Source: the human T2T-CHM13v2.0 reference genome, Homo sapiens
NCBI RefSeq assembly: GCF_009914755.1
Contig: NC_060932.1
Reading direction: 5' to 3' (one strand)
DNA length: 64,000 bases
This document shows positions 51,001 through 64,000 of the stretch, piece by piece. How positions within the stretch are numbered: position 1 is the stretch's first letter; the number at the start of each line of letters is the position of its first letter. Under the pieces are notes generated by a model. The model saw only the letters and a program-made list of their open reading frames with translations, did no database searches and was not told the DNA's origin. Position numbers and translations under genes: made by a program.

Positions 51001-54000
51001 CCTATGCTGAAAAAGGAATTATCTACCTACAGAAACTAGACAGAAGCATTCTGAGAATCACGTTTGTGATGTGGGTACTCAACTAACAGTGTTGATCCAT
51101 TCTTTTCATACAGCAGTTTTTAACCACACTTTTTGTAGAATGTGCAAGTGGATATTTGGATAGCTGTGAGGATTTCGTTGGAAACGGGAATGTCTTCATA
51201 GAAAATTTAGACAGGAGCATTCTCAGAACCTGGATTGTGATGTGTGTTCTCCACTAACAGAGTTGAACCTTTCTTTTGACAGAACTGTTTTGAAACATTC
51301 TTTTTAGAGAATCTGGAAGTGGTTATTTGGAAAGCTTTGAGGATTTCGTTGGAAACAGGAATATCTTCAAATAAAATCTAGCCAGAAGCATTCTAAGAAA
51401 CATCTTAGGGATGTTTACATTCAAGTCACAGAGTTGAACATTCCCCTTTCTCAGAGCAGGTTTGAAACAATCTTCTCGTACTATCTGGCAGTGGACATTT
51501 TGAGCTCCTTGGCGCCTATGCTGAAAAAGGAAATATCTTCTGACAAAAACTAGACAGAAGCATTCGCAGAATCACGTTTGTGATGTGTGCACTCAACTGT
51601 CAGAATTGAACCTTTGTTTGGACAGAGCACTTTTGAAACTCTCTTTGTAGAATCTGCAGGTGGATATTTGGCTAGCTTTGAGGATTTCTTTGGAAACGGT
51701 AATGTCTTCGAAGAAAATCTAGACAGAAACATCCTCAGAAACACCTTCGTGATGTTTGCAATCAAGTCACAGAGTTGAACCTTCCGTTTCATAGAGCAGG
51801 TTGGAAACACTCTTATTGTAGTATCTGGAAGTGGACATTTGGAGCGCTTTCAGGCCTATGGTGTAAAAGGAAATATCTTCCCATAAAAGCGACATAGAAG
51901 CTATCTCAGGAACTTGTTTATGATGCATCTAATCAACTAACAGTGTTGAACCTTTGTACTGACAGAGCAGTATGAAACACTCTTTTTTTGGAATCTGCAA
52001 GTGGATATTTGGATCGCTTTGAGGATTTCGTTGGAAACGGGATGCAATATAAAACGTACACAGCAGCATACTCAGAAAATACTTTGCCATATTTCCATTC
52101 AAGTCACAGAGTGGAACATTCCCATTCATAGAGCAGGTTTGAAACACTCTTTTTGGAGTATCTGGAAGTGGACATTTGGAGCGCTTTCTGAACTATGGTG
52201 AAAAAGGAAATATCTTCCAATGAAAACAAGACAGAAGCATTCTGAGAAACTTATTTGTGATGCGTGTCCTCAACTAACGGACTCGAACCTTTCGTTTCAT
52301 GCAGTACTTCTGGAACACTCTTTTTGAAGATTCTGCATGCGGATATTTGGATAGCTTTGAGGATTTCGTTGGAAACGGGCTTACATATAAAAATTAGACA
52401 GCAGCATTCTCAGAAACTTCTTTGTGGTGTCTGCATTCAAGTCACAGAATTGAACATCCCCTCACATAGAGCAGTTGTGCAGCACTCTCTTTGTAGTATC
52501 TCGAAGTGGACATTTGGAGGGCTTTGTAGCCTATCTGGAAAAAGGAAATATCTTCCCATGAATGCGAGATAGAAGTAATCTCAGAAACATGTTTATGCTG
52601 TATCTACTCAACTAACTGTGCTGAACATTTCTATTGATAGAGCAGTTTTGAGACACTCTTCTTTTGGAATCTGCAAGTGGATATTTGGATAGATTTGAGG
52701 ATTTCGTTGGAAACGGGATTATATATAAAAAGTAGACAGCAGCATTCTCAGAAACTTCTTTGTGATGTTTGCATCCAGCTCTCAGAGTTGAACATTCCCT
52801 TTCATAGATTAGGTTTGAAACCCCCTTTTTATAGTGTCTGGAAGCGGGCATGTGGAGCGCTTTCAGGCCTATGCTGAAAAAGGAAATATCTACCTACAGA
52901 AACTAGACAGAAGCATTCTGAGAATCACGTTTGTGATGTGGGTACTCAACTAACAGTGTTGATCCATTCTTTTGATACAGCGGTTTTGAACCACACTTTT
53001 TGTAGAATCTGCAAGTGGATATTTGGATAGCTGTGAGGATTTCGTTGGAAACGGGAATGTCCTCATAGAAAATTTAGACAGAAGCATTCTCAGAACCTTG
53101 ATTGTGATGTGTGTTCTCCACTAACAGAGTTGAACCTTTCTTTTGACAGAACTGTTCTGAAACATTCTTTTTATAGAATCTGGAAGTGGATATTTGGAAA
53201 GCTTTGAGGATTTCGTTGGAAACGGGAATATCTTCAAATAAAATCTAGCCAGAAGCATTCTAAGAAACATCTTAGGGATGTTTACATTCAAGTCACAGAG
53301 TTGAACATTCCCTTTCACAGAGCAGGTTTGAAACAATCTTCTCGTACTATCTGGCAGTGGACATTTTGAGCTCCTTGGGGCCTATGCTGAAAAAGGAAAT
53401 ATCTTCCGACAAAAACTAGACAGAAGCATTCGCAGAATCACGTTTGTGATGTGTGCACTCAACTGTCAGAATTGAACCTTTGTTTGGACAGAGCACTTTT
53501 GAAACACTCTTTTTGTAGAATCTGCAGGTGGATATTTGGCTAGCTTTGAGGATTTCGTTGGAAACGGTAATGTCTTCAAAGAAAATCTAGACAGAAACAT
53601 CCTCAGAAACACCTTCGTGATGTTTGCAATCAAGTCACAGAGTTGAACCTTCCGTTTCATAGAGCAGGTTGGAAACACTCTTTTTGTAGTATCTGGAAGT
53701 GGACATTTGGAGCGCTTTCAGGCCTATGGTGAAAAAGGAAATATCTTCCCATAAAAACGACATAGAAGCTATCTCAGGAACTTGTTTATGATGCATCTAA
53801 TCAACTAACAGTGTTGAACCTTTGTACTGACAGAGCAGTTTGAAACACTCTTTTTTTGGAATCTGCAAGTGGATATTTGGATCGCTTTGAGGATTTCGTT
53901 GGAAACGGGATGCAATATAAAACGTACACAGCAGCATACTCAGAAAATACTTTGCCATATTTCCATTCAAGTCACAGAGTGGAACATTCCCATTCATAGA

Positions 54001-57000
54001 GCAGGTTTGAAACACTCTTTTTGGAGTATCTGGAAGTGGACATTTGGAGCGCTTTCTGAACTATGGTGAAAAAGGAAATATCTTCCAATGAAAACAAGAC
54101 AGAAGCATTCTGAGAAACTTATTTGTGATGTGTGTCCTCAACAAACGGACTTGAACCTTTCGTTTCATGCAGTACTTCTGGAACACTCTTTTTGAAGATT
54201 CTGCATGCGGATATTTGGATAGCTTTGAGGATTTCGTTGGAAACGGGCTTACATGTAAAAATTAGACAGCAGCATTCTCAGAAACTTCTTTGTGGTGTCT
54301 GCATTCAAGTCACAGAATTGAACATCCCCTCACATAGAGCAGTTGTGCAGCACTCTATTTGTAGTATCTGGAAGTGGACATTTGGAGGGCTTTGTAGCCT
54401 ATCTGGAAAAAGGAAATATCTTCCCATGAATGCGAGATAGAAGTAATCTCAGAAACATGTTTATGCTGTATCTACTCAACTAACTGTGCTGAACATTTCT
54501 ATTGATAGAGCAGTTTTGAGACACTCTTCTTTTGGAATCTGCAAGTGGATATTTGGATAGATTTGAGGATTTCGTTGGAAACGGGATTATATATCAAAAG
54601 TAGACAGCAGCATTCTCAGAAACTTCTTTGTGATGTTTGCATCCAGCTCTCAGAGTTGAACATTCCCTTTCATAGAGTAGGTTTGAAACCCTCTTTTTAT
54701 AGTGTCTGGAAGCGGGCATTTGGAGCGCTTTCAGGCCTATGCTGAAAAAGGAAATATCTACCTATAGAAACTAGACAGAAGCATTCTGAGAATCACGTTT
54801 GTGATGTGGGTACTCAACTAACAGTGTTGATCCATTCTTTTGATACAGCAGTTTTGAACCACACTTTTTGTAGAATCTGCAAGTGGATATTTGGATAGCT
54901 GTGAGGATTTCGTTGGAAACGGGAATGTCTTCATAGAAAATTTAGACAGAAGCATTCTCAGAACCTTGATTGTGATGTGTGTTCTCCACTAACAGAGTTG
55001 AACCTTTCTTTTGACAGAACTGTTCTGAAACATTCTTTTTATAGAATCTGGAAGTGGATATTTGGAAAGCTTTGAGGATTTCGTTGGAAACGGGAATATC
55101 TTCAAATAAAATCTAGCCAGAAGCATTCTAAGAAACATCTTAGGGATGTTTACATTCAAGTCACAGAGTTGAACATTCCCTTTCACAGAGCAGGTTTGAA
55201 ACAATCTTCTCGTACTATCTGGCAGTGGACATTTTGAGCTCCTTGGGGCCTATGCTGAAAAAGGAAATATCTTCCGACAAAAACTAGACAGAAGCATTCG
55301 CAGAATCACGTTTGTGATGTGTGCACTCAACTGTCAGAATTGAACCTTGGTTTGGACAGAGCACTTTTGAAACACTCTTTTTGTAGAATCTGCAGGTGGA
55401 TATTTGGCTAGCTTTGAGGATTTCGTTGGAAACGGTAATGTCTTCAAAGAAAATCTAGACAGAAGCATTCTCAGAAACACCTTCGTGATGTTTGCAATCA
55501 AGTCACAGAGTTGAACCTTCCGTTTCATGGAGCAGGTTGGAAACACTCATTTTGTAGTATCTGGAATTGGACATTTGGAGCGATTTCAGGCCTATGGTGT
55601 AAAAGGAAATATCTTCCCATAAAAGCGACATAGAAGCTATCTCAGGAACTTGTTTATGATGCATCTAATCAACTAACAGTGTTGAAACTTTGTACTGACA
55701 GAGCAGTTTGAAACACTCTTTTTTTGGAATCTGCAAGTGGATATTTGGATCGCTTTGAGGATTTCGTTGGAAACGGGATGCAATATAAAACGTACACAGC
55801 AGCATACTCAGAAAATACTTTGCCATATTTCCATTCAAGTCACAGAGTGGAACATTCCCATTCATAGAGCAGGTTTGAAACACTTTTTTTGGAGTGTCTG
55901 GAAGTGGACATTTGGAGCGCTTTAAGAACTATGGTGAAAAAGGAAATATCTTCCAATGAAAACAAGACAGAAGCATTCTGAGAAACTTATTTGTGATGCG
56001 TGTCCTCAACTAACGGACTCGAACCTTTCGTTTCATGCAGTACTTCTGGAACACTCTTTTTGAAGATTCTGCATGCGGATATTTGGTTAGCTTTGAGGAT
56101 TTCGTTGGAAACGGGCTTACATATAAAAATTAGACAGCAGCATTCTCAGAAACTTCTTTGTGGTGTCTGCATTCAAGTCACAGAATTGAACATCCCCTCA
56201 CATAGAGCAGTTGTGCAGCACTCTATTTGTAGTATCTCGAAGTGGACATTTGGAGGGCTTTGTAGCCTATCTGGAAAAAGGAAATATCTTCCCATGAAAG
56301 CCAGATAGAAGTAATCTCAGAAACATGTTTATGCTGTATCTACTCAACTAACTGTGCTGAACATTTCTATTGATAGAGCAGTTTTGAGACACTCTTCTTT
56401 TGGAATCTGCAAGTGGATATTTGGATAGATTTGAGGATTTCGTTGGAAACGGGATTATATATAAAAAGTAGACAGCAGCATTCTCAGAAACTTCTTTGTG
56501 ATGTTTGCATCCAGCTCTCAGAGTTGAACATTCCCTTTCATAGAGTAGGTTTGAAACCCCCTTTTTATACTGTCTGGAAGCGGGCATTTGGAGCGCTTTC
56601 AGGCCTATGCTGAAAAAGGAATTATCTACCTACAGAAACTAGACAGAAGCATTCTGAGAATCACGTTTGTGATGTGGGTACTCAACTAACAGTGTTGATC
56701 CATTCTTTTGATACAGCAGTTTTGAACCACCCTTTTTGTAGAATCTGCAAGTGGATATTTGGATAGCTGTGAGGATTTCGTTGGAAACGGGAATGTCTTC
56801 ATAGAAAATTTAGACAGAAGCATTCTCAGAACCTGGATTGTGATGTGAGTTCTCCACTAACAGAGTTGAACCTTTCTTTGGACAGAACTGATTTGAAACA
56901 TTCTTTTTATAGAATCTGGAAGTGGATATTTGGAAAGTTTTGAGGATTTCGTTGGAAATGGGAATATCTTCAAATAAAATCTAGCCAGAAGCATTCTAAG

Positions 57001-60000
57001 AAACATCTTAGGGATGTTTACATTCAAGTCACAGAGTTGAACATTCCCCTTTCTCAGAGCAGGTTTGAAACAATCTTCTCGTACTATCTGGCAGTGGACA
57101 TTTTGAGCTCCTTGGGGCCTATGCTGAAAAAGGAAATATCTTCCGACAAAAACTAGACAGAAGCATTCGCAGAATCATGTTTGTGATGTGTGCACTCAAC
57201 TGTCAGAATTGAACCTTGGTTTGGACAGAGCACTTTTGAAACACTCTTTTTGTAGAATCTGCAGGTGGATATTTCGCTAGCTTTGAGGATTTCGTTGGAA
57301 ACGGTAATGTCTTCAAAGAAAATCTAGACAGAAACATCCTCAGAAACACCTTCGTGATGTTTGCAATCAAGTCACAGAGTTGAACCTTCCGTTTCATAGA
57401 GCAGGTTGGAAACACTCATTTTGTAGTATCTGGAAGTGGACATTTGGAGCGCTTTCAGGCCTATGGTGTAAAAGGAAATATCTTCCCATAAAAGCGACAT
57501 AGAAGCTATCTCAGGAACTTGTTTATGATGCATCTAATCAACTAACAGTGTTGAACCTTTGTACTGACAGAGCAGTTTGAAACACTCTTTTTTTGGAATC
57601 TGCAAGTGGATATTTGGATCGCTTTGAGGATTTCGTTGGAAACGGGATGCAATATAAAACGTACACAGCAGCATACTCAGAAAATACTTTGCCATATTTC
57701 CATTCAAGACACAGAGTGGAACATTCCCATTCATAGAGCAGGTTTGAAACACTTTTTTTGGAGTGTCTGGAAGTGGACATTTGGAGCGCTTTCAGAACTA
57801 TGGTGAAAAAGGAAATATCTTCCAATGAAAACAAGACAGAAGCATTCTGAGAAACTTATTTGTGATGCGTGTCCTCAACTAACGGACTCGAACCTTTCGT
57901 TTCATGCAGTACTTCTGGAACACTCTTTTTGAAGATTCTGCATGCGGATATTTGGATAGCTTTGAGGATTTCGTTGGAAACGGGCTTACATATAAAAATT
58001 AGACAGCAGCATTCTCAGAAACTTCTTTGTGGTGTCTGCATTCAAGTCACAGAATTGAACATCCCCTCACATAGAGCAGTTGTGCAGCACTCTATTTGTA
58101 GTATCTCGAAGTGGACATTTGGAGGGCTTTGTAGCCTATCTGGAAAAAGGAAATATCTTCCCATGAATGCGAGATAGAAGTAATCTCAGAAACATGTTTA
58201 TGCTGTATCTACTCAACTAACTGTGCTGAACATTTCTATTGATAGAGCAGTTTTGAGACACTCTTCTTTTGGAATCTGCAAGTGGATATTTGGATAGATT
58301 TGAGGATTTCGTTGGAAACGGGATTATATATAAAAAGTAGACAGCAGCATTCTCAGAAACTTCTTTGTGATGTTTGCATCCAGCTCTCAGAGTTGAACAT
58401 TCCCTTTCATAGAGTAGGTTTGAAACCCCCTTTTTATAGTGTCTGGAAGCGGGCATTTGGAGCGCTTTCAGGCCTATGCTGAAAAAGGAAATATCTACCT
58501 ACAGAAACTAGACAGAAGCATTCTGAGAATCACGTTTGTGATGTGGGTACTCAACTAACAGTGTTGATCCATTCTTTTCATACAGCAGTTTTGAACCACA
58601 CTTTTTGTAGAATGTGCAAGTAGATATTTGGATAGCTGTGAGGATTTCGTTGGAAACGGGAATGTCTTCATAGAAAATTTAGACAGGAGCATTCTCAGAA
58701 CCTGGATTGTGATGTGTGTTCTCCACTAACAGAGTTGAACCTTTCTTTTGACAGAACTGTTTTGAAACATTCTTTTTATAGAATCTGGAAGTGGATATTT
58801 GGAAAGCTTTGAGGATTTCGTTGGAAACGGGAATATCTTCAAATAAAATCTACCCAGAAGCATTCTAAGAAACATCTTAGGGATGTTTACATTCAAGTCA
58901 CAGAGTTGAACATTCCCCTTTCTCAGAGCAGGTTTGAAACAATCTTCTCGTACTATCTGGCAGTGGACATTTTGAGCTCCTTGGCGCCTATGCTGAAAAA
59001 GGAAATATCTTCCGACAAAAACTAGACAGAAGCATTCGCAGAATCACGTTTGTGATGTGTGCACTCAACTGTCAGAATTGAACCTTTGTTTGGACAGAGC
59101 ACTTTTGAAACTCTCTTTGTAGAATCTGCAGGTTGATATTTGGCTAGCTTTGAGGATTTCTTTGGAAACGGTAATGTCTTCGAAGAAAATCTAGACAGAA
59201 ACATCCTCAGAAACACCTTCGTGATGTTTGCAATCAAGTCACAGAGTTGAACCTTCCGTTTCATAGAGCAGGTTGGAAACACTCTTATTGTAGTATCTGG
59301 AAGTGGACATTTGGAGCGCTTTCAGGCCTATGGTGTAAAAGGAAATATCTTCCCATAAAAGCGACATAGAAGCTATCTCAGGAACTTGTTTATGATGCAT
59401 CTAATCAACTAACAGTGTTGAACCTTTGTACTGACAGAGCAGTATGAAACACTCTTTTTTTGGAATCTGCAAGTGGATATTTGGATCGCTTTGAGGATTT
59501 CGTTGGAAACGGGATGCAATATAAAACGTACACAGCAGCATACTCAGAAAATACTTTGCCATATTTCCATTCAAGTCACAGAGTGGAACATTCCCATTCA
59601 TAGAGCAGGTTTGAAACACTCTTTTTGGAGTATCTGGAAGTGGACATTTGGAGCGCTTTCTGAACTATGGTGAAAAAGGAAATATCTTCCAATGAAAACA
59701 AGACAGAAGCATTCTGAGAAACTTATTTGTGATGCGTGTCCTCAACTAACGGACTCGAACCTTTCGTTTCATGCAGTACTTCTGGAACACTCTTTTTGAA
59801 GATTCTGCATGCGGATATTTGGATAGCTTTGAGGATTTCGTTGGAAACGGGCTTACATATAAAAATTAGACAGCAGCATTCTCAGAAACTTCTTTGTGGT
59901 GTCTGCATTCAAGTCACAGAATTGAACATCCCCTCACATAGAGCAGTTGTGCAGCACTCTCTTTGTAGTATCTCGAAGTGGACATTTGGAGGGCTTTGTA

Positions 60001-60460
60001 GCCTATCTGGAAAAAGGAAATATCTTCCCATGAATGCGAGATAGAAGTAATCTCAGAAACATGTTTATGCTGTATCTACTCAACTAACTGTGCTGAACAT
60101 TTCTATTGATAGAGCAGTTTTGAGACACTCTTCTTTTGGAATCTGCAAGTGGATATTTGGATAGATTTGAGGATTTCGTTGGAAACGGGATTATATATAA
60201 AAAGTAGACAGCAGCATTCTCAGAAACTTCTTTGTGATGTTTGCATCCAGCTCTCAGAGTTGAACATTCCCTTTCATAGAGTAGGTTTGAAACCCTCTTT
60301 TTATAGTGTCTGGAAGCGGGCATTTGGAGCGCTTTCAGGCCTATGCTGAAAAAGGAAATATCTACCTATAGAAACTAGACAGAAGCATTCTGAGAATCAC
60401 GTTTGTGATGTGGGTACTCAACTAACAGTGTTGATCCATTCTTTTGATACAGCGGTTTTG
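48090..60460 (+). repeat. Multi-HOR duplication with 7472-bp (4-HOR) offset: ~48090-52990 vs ~55560-60460
   Basis: Shared rare variants (ttcgctag, caagacacag, ttcatacag, acaggagc, ggcgcct, aaactctctttg 2-bp deletion, gtatgaaac, cactctcttt, gcggtttt); ORF pairs 50066/57538, 51550/59022. Confidence 0.85.
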
Positions 60461-63400
60461 AACCACTCTTTTTGTAGAATCTGCAAGTGGATATTTGGAT
60501 AGCTGTGAGGATTTCGTTGGAAACGGGAATGTCTTCATAGAAAATTTAGACAGAAGCATTCTCAGAACCTGGATTGTGATGTGAGTTCTCCACTAACAGA
60601 GTTGAACCTTTCTTTGGACAGAACTGTTTTGAAACATTCTTTTTATAGAATCTGGAAGTGGATATTTGGAAAGCTTTGAGGATTTCGTTGGAAACGGGAA
60701 TATCTTCAAATAAAATCTAGCCAGAAGCATTCTAAGAAACATCTTAGGGATGTTTACATTCAAGTCACAGAGTTGAACATTCCCCTTTCTCAGAGCAGGT
60801 TTGAAACAATCTTCTCGTACTATCTGGCAGTGGACATTTTGAGCTCCTTGGGGCCTATGCTGAAAAAGGAAATATCTTCCGACAAAAACTAGACAGAAGC
60901 ATTCGCAGAATCACGTTTGTGATGTGTGCACTCAACTGTCAGAATTGAACCTTGGTTTGGACAGAGCACTTTTGAAACACTCTTTTTGTAGAATCTGCAG
61001 GTGGATATTTGGCTAGCTTTGAGGATTTCGTTGGAAACGGTAATGTCTTCAAAGAAAATCTAGACAGAAACATCCTCAGAAACACCTTCGTGATGTTTGC
61101 AATCAAGTCACAGAGTTGAACCTTCCGTTTCATAGAGCAGGTTGGAAACACTCATTTTGTAGTATCTGGAATTGGACATTTGGAGCGATTTCAGGCCTAT
61201 GGTGTAAAAGGAAATATCTTCCCATAAAAGCGACATTGAAGCTATCTCAGGAACTTGTTTATGATGCATCTAATCAACTAACAGTGTTGAAACTTTGTAC
61301 TGACAGAGCAGTTTGAAACACTCTTTTTTTGGAATCTGCAAGTGGATATTTGGATCGCTTTGAGGATTTCGTTGGAAACGGGATGCAATATAAAACGTAC
61401 ACAGCAGCATACTCAGAAAATACTTTGCCATATTTCCATTCAAGTCACAGAGTGGAACATTCCCATTCATAGAGCAGGTTTGAAACACTTTTTTTGGAGT
61501 GTCTGGAAGTGGACATTTGGAGCGCTTTCAGAACTATGGTGAAAAAGGAAATATCTTCCAATGAAAACAAGACAGAAGCATTCTGAGAAACTTATTTGTG
61601 ATGCGTGTCCTCAACTAACGGACTCGAACCTTTCGTTTCATGCAGTACTTCTGGAACACTCTTTTTGAAGATTCTGCATGCGGATATTTGGTTAGCTTTG
61701 AGGATTTCGTTGGAAACGGGCTTACATATAAAAATTAGACAGCAGCATTCTCAGAAACTTCTTTGTGGTGTCTGCATTCAAGTCACAGAATTGAACATCC
61801 CCTCACATAGAGCAGTTGTGCAGCACTCTATTTGTAGTATCTCGAAGTGGACATTTGGAGGGCTTTGTAGCCTATCTGGAAAAAGGAAATATCTTCCCAT
61901 GAAAGCCAGATAGAAGTAATCTCAGAAACATGTTTATGCTGTATCTACTCAACTAACTGTGCTGAACATTTCTATTGATAGAGCAGTTTTGAGACACTCT
62001 TCTTTAGGAATCTGCAAGTGGATATTTGGATAGATTTGAGGATTTCGTTGGAAAAGGGATTATATATAAAAAGTAGACAGCAGCATTCTCAGAAACTTCT
62101 TTGTGATGTTTGCATCCAGCTCTCAGAGTTGAACATTCCCTTTCATAGAGTAGGTTTGAAACCCCCTTTTTATACTGTCTGGAAGCGGGCATTTGGAGCG
62201 CTTTCAGGCCTATGCTGAAAAAGGAATTATCTACCTACAGAAACTAGACAGAAGCATTCTGAGAATCACGTTTGTGATGTGGGTACTCAACTAACAGTGT
62301 TGATCCATTCTTTTGATACAGCAGTTTTGAACCACCCTTTTTGTAGAATCTGCAAGTGGATATTTGGATAGCTGTGAGGATTTCGTTGGAAACGGGAATG
62401 TCTTCATAGAAAATTTAGACAGAAGCATTCTCAGAACCTGGATTGTGATGTGAGTTCTCCACTAACAGAGTTGAACCTTTCTTTGGACAGAACTGATTTG
62501 AAACATTCTTTTTATAGAATCTGGAAGTGGATATTTGGAAAGTTTTGAGGATTTCGTTGGAAATGGGAATATCTTCAAATAAAATCTAGCCAGAAGCATT
62601 CTAAGAAACATCTTAGGGATGTTTACATTCAAGTCACAGAGTTGAACATTCCCCTTTCTCAGAGCAGGTTTGAAACAATCATCTCGTACTATCTGGCAGT
62701 GGACATTTTGAGCTCCTTGCGGCCTATGCTGAAAAAGGAAATATCTTCCGACAAAAACTAGACAGAAGCATTCGCAGAATCACGTTTGTGATGTGTGCAC
62801 TCAACTGTCAGAATTGAACCTTGGTTTGGACAGAGCACTTTTGAAACACTCTTTTTGTAGAATCTGCAGGTGGATATTTGGCTAGCTTTGAGGATTTCGT
62901 TGGAAACGGTAATGTCTTCAAAGAAAATCTAGACAGAAACATCCTCAGAAACACCTTCGTGATGTTTGCAATCAAGTCACAGAGTTGAACCTTCCGTTTC
63001 ATAGAGCAGGTTGGAAACACTCATTTTGTAGTATCTGGAAGTGGACATTTGGAGCGCTTTCAGGCCTATGGTGTAAAAGGAAATATCTTCCCATAAAAGC
63101 GACATAGAAGCTATCTCAGGAACTTGTTTATGATGCATCTAATCAACTAACAGTGTTGAACCTTTGTACTGACAGAGCAGTTTGAAACACTCTTTTTTTG
63201 GAATCTGCAAGTGGATATTTGGATCGCTTTGAGGATTTCGTTGGAAACGGGATGCAATATAAAACGTACACAGCAGCATACTCAGAAAATACTTTGCCAT
63301 ATTTCCATTCAAGTCACAGAGTGGAACATTCCCATTCATAGAGCAGGTTTGAAACACTTTTTTTGGAGTGTCTGGAAGTGGACATTTGGAGCGCTTTCAG

Positions 63401-64000
63401 AACTATGGTGAAAAAGGAAATATCTTCCAATGAAAACAAGACAGAAGCATTCTGAGAAACTTATTTGTGATGCGTGTCCTCAACTAACGGACTCGAACCT
63501 TTCGTTTCATGCAGTACTTCTGGAACACTCTTTTTGAAGATTCTGCATGCGGATATTTGGATAGCTTTGAGGATTTCGTTGGAAACGGGCTTACATATAA
63601 AAATTAGACAGCAGCATTCTCAGAAACTTCTTTGTGGTGTCTGCATTCAAGTCACAGAATTGAACATCCCCTCACATAGAGCAGTTGTGCAGCACTCTAT
63701 TTGTAGTATCTCGAAGTGGACATTTGGAGGGCTTTGTAGCCTATCTGGAAAAAGGAAATATCTTCCCATGAATGCGAGATAGAAGTAATCTCAGAAACAT
63801 GTTTATGCTGTATCTACTCAACTAACTGTGCTGAACATTTCTATTGATAGAGCAGTTTTGAGACACTCTTCTTTTGGAATCTGCAAGTGGATATTTGGAT
63901 AGATTTGAGGATTTCGTTGGAAACGGGATTATATATCAAAAGTAGACAGCAGCATTCTCAGAAACTTCTTTGTGATGTTTGCATCCAGCTCTCAGAGTTG

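Larger units (their letters stand above)
1..64000 (+). repeat. Alpha satellite higher-order repeat array (11-mer, ~1868-1869 bp, ~34 copies), uninterrupted, single orientation
   Basis: Alphoid motifs throughout (cattctcagaaactt, gagttgaac, tttgaaacactc, gtggatatttgg, tttcgttggaaacggga). The same spurious ORF recurs at 632, 2500, 4369, 6238 ... 61270, 63139, a 1867-1869 bp period equal to 11 x ~170 bp. Confidence 0.99.

Noticed and set aside
301-63782. Recurrent 60-126 aa ORFs on both strands
   Set aside because: They are translations of alpha satellite recurring at the HOR period, overlap on both strands, mostly start at GTG/TTG, and are freely broken by stops and frameshifts; no recognisable domain.
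45-63930. CRISPR-like regularly spaced conserved motif (gaggatttcgttggaaacgg)
   Set aside because: This is the CENP-B box. The intervening sequences are 150-320 bp, homologous to each other and repeat with the HOR; there are no unique spacers, leader or cas genes.
1-64000. Transposon (L1/Alu) insertion or strand inversion in the array
   Set aside because: Every deviation from the period is explained by +113, -58, +338 or 1-2 bp indels; no non-alphoid sequence, poly-A tail or orientation change was seen.
1-64000. Assignment to D13Z1/D21Z1 or D1Z5 11-mers
   Set aside because: The alternating B/A dimer pattern argues against pentameric SF3 D1Z5, and motifs I recall from alpha21-I (tctggatgtggac, gatgcctacgg) are not seen. 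This is from memory and needs alignment to confirm.

Overview
The whole 64-kb window is primate centromeric alpha satellite in one orientation: ~171-bp monomers arranged as ~34 copies of an 11-monomer higher-order repeat (HOR) of 1867-1869 bp. CENP-B-box (B-type) and pJalpha-type (A-type) monomers alternate, with one B-B adjacency per HOR. Period and dimeric organisation fit a suprachromosomal family 2 array, most likely human chr8 D8Z2 (S2C8H1L); this assignment is from recall, not alignment. I see no genes, RNA genes, transposons, inversions or CRISPR array, and no novel coding system; the ORFs are recurrent satellite artefacts. The interest lies in array architecture: a 58-bp intra-monomer deletion (1811-bp HOR), a recombinant ~1982-bp HOR with an extra 113-bp truncated monomer (2 copies), a 13-mer dimer-duplication variant (2 copies), multi-HOR block duplications at offsets of ~24.7, ~19.0 and ~7.5 kb (two blocks in swapped order), alternating SNP haplotype domains, and a ~2.5-kb island of a distinct HOR haplotype. 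SNP comparisons were made by eye and block boundaries are approximate.
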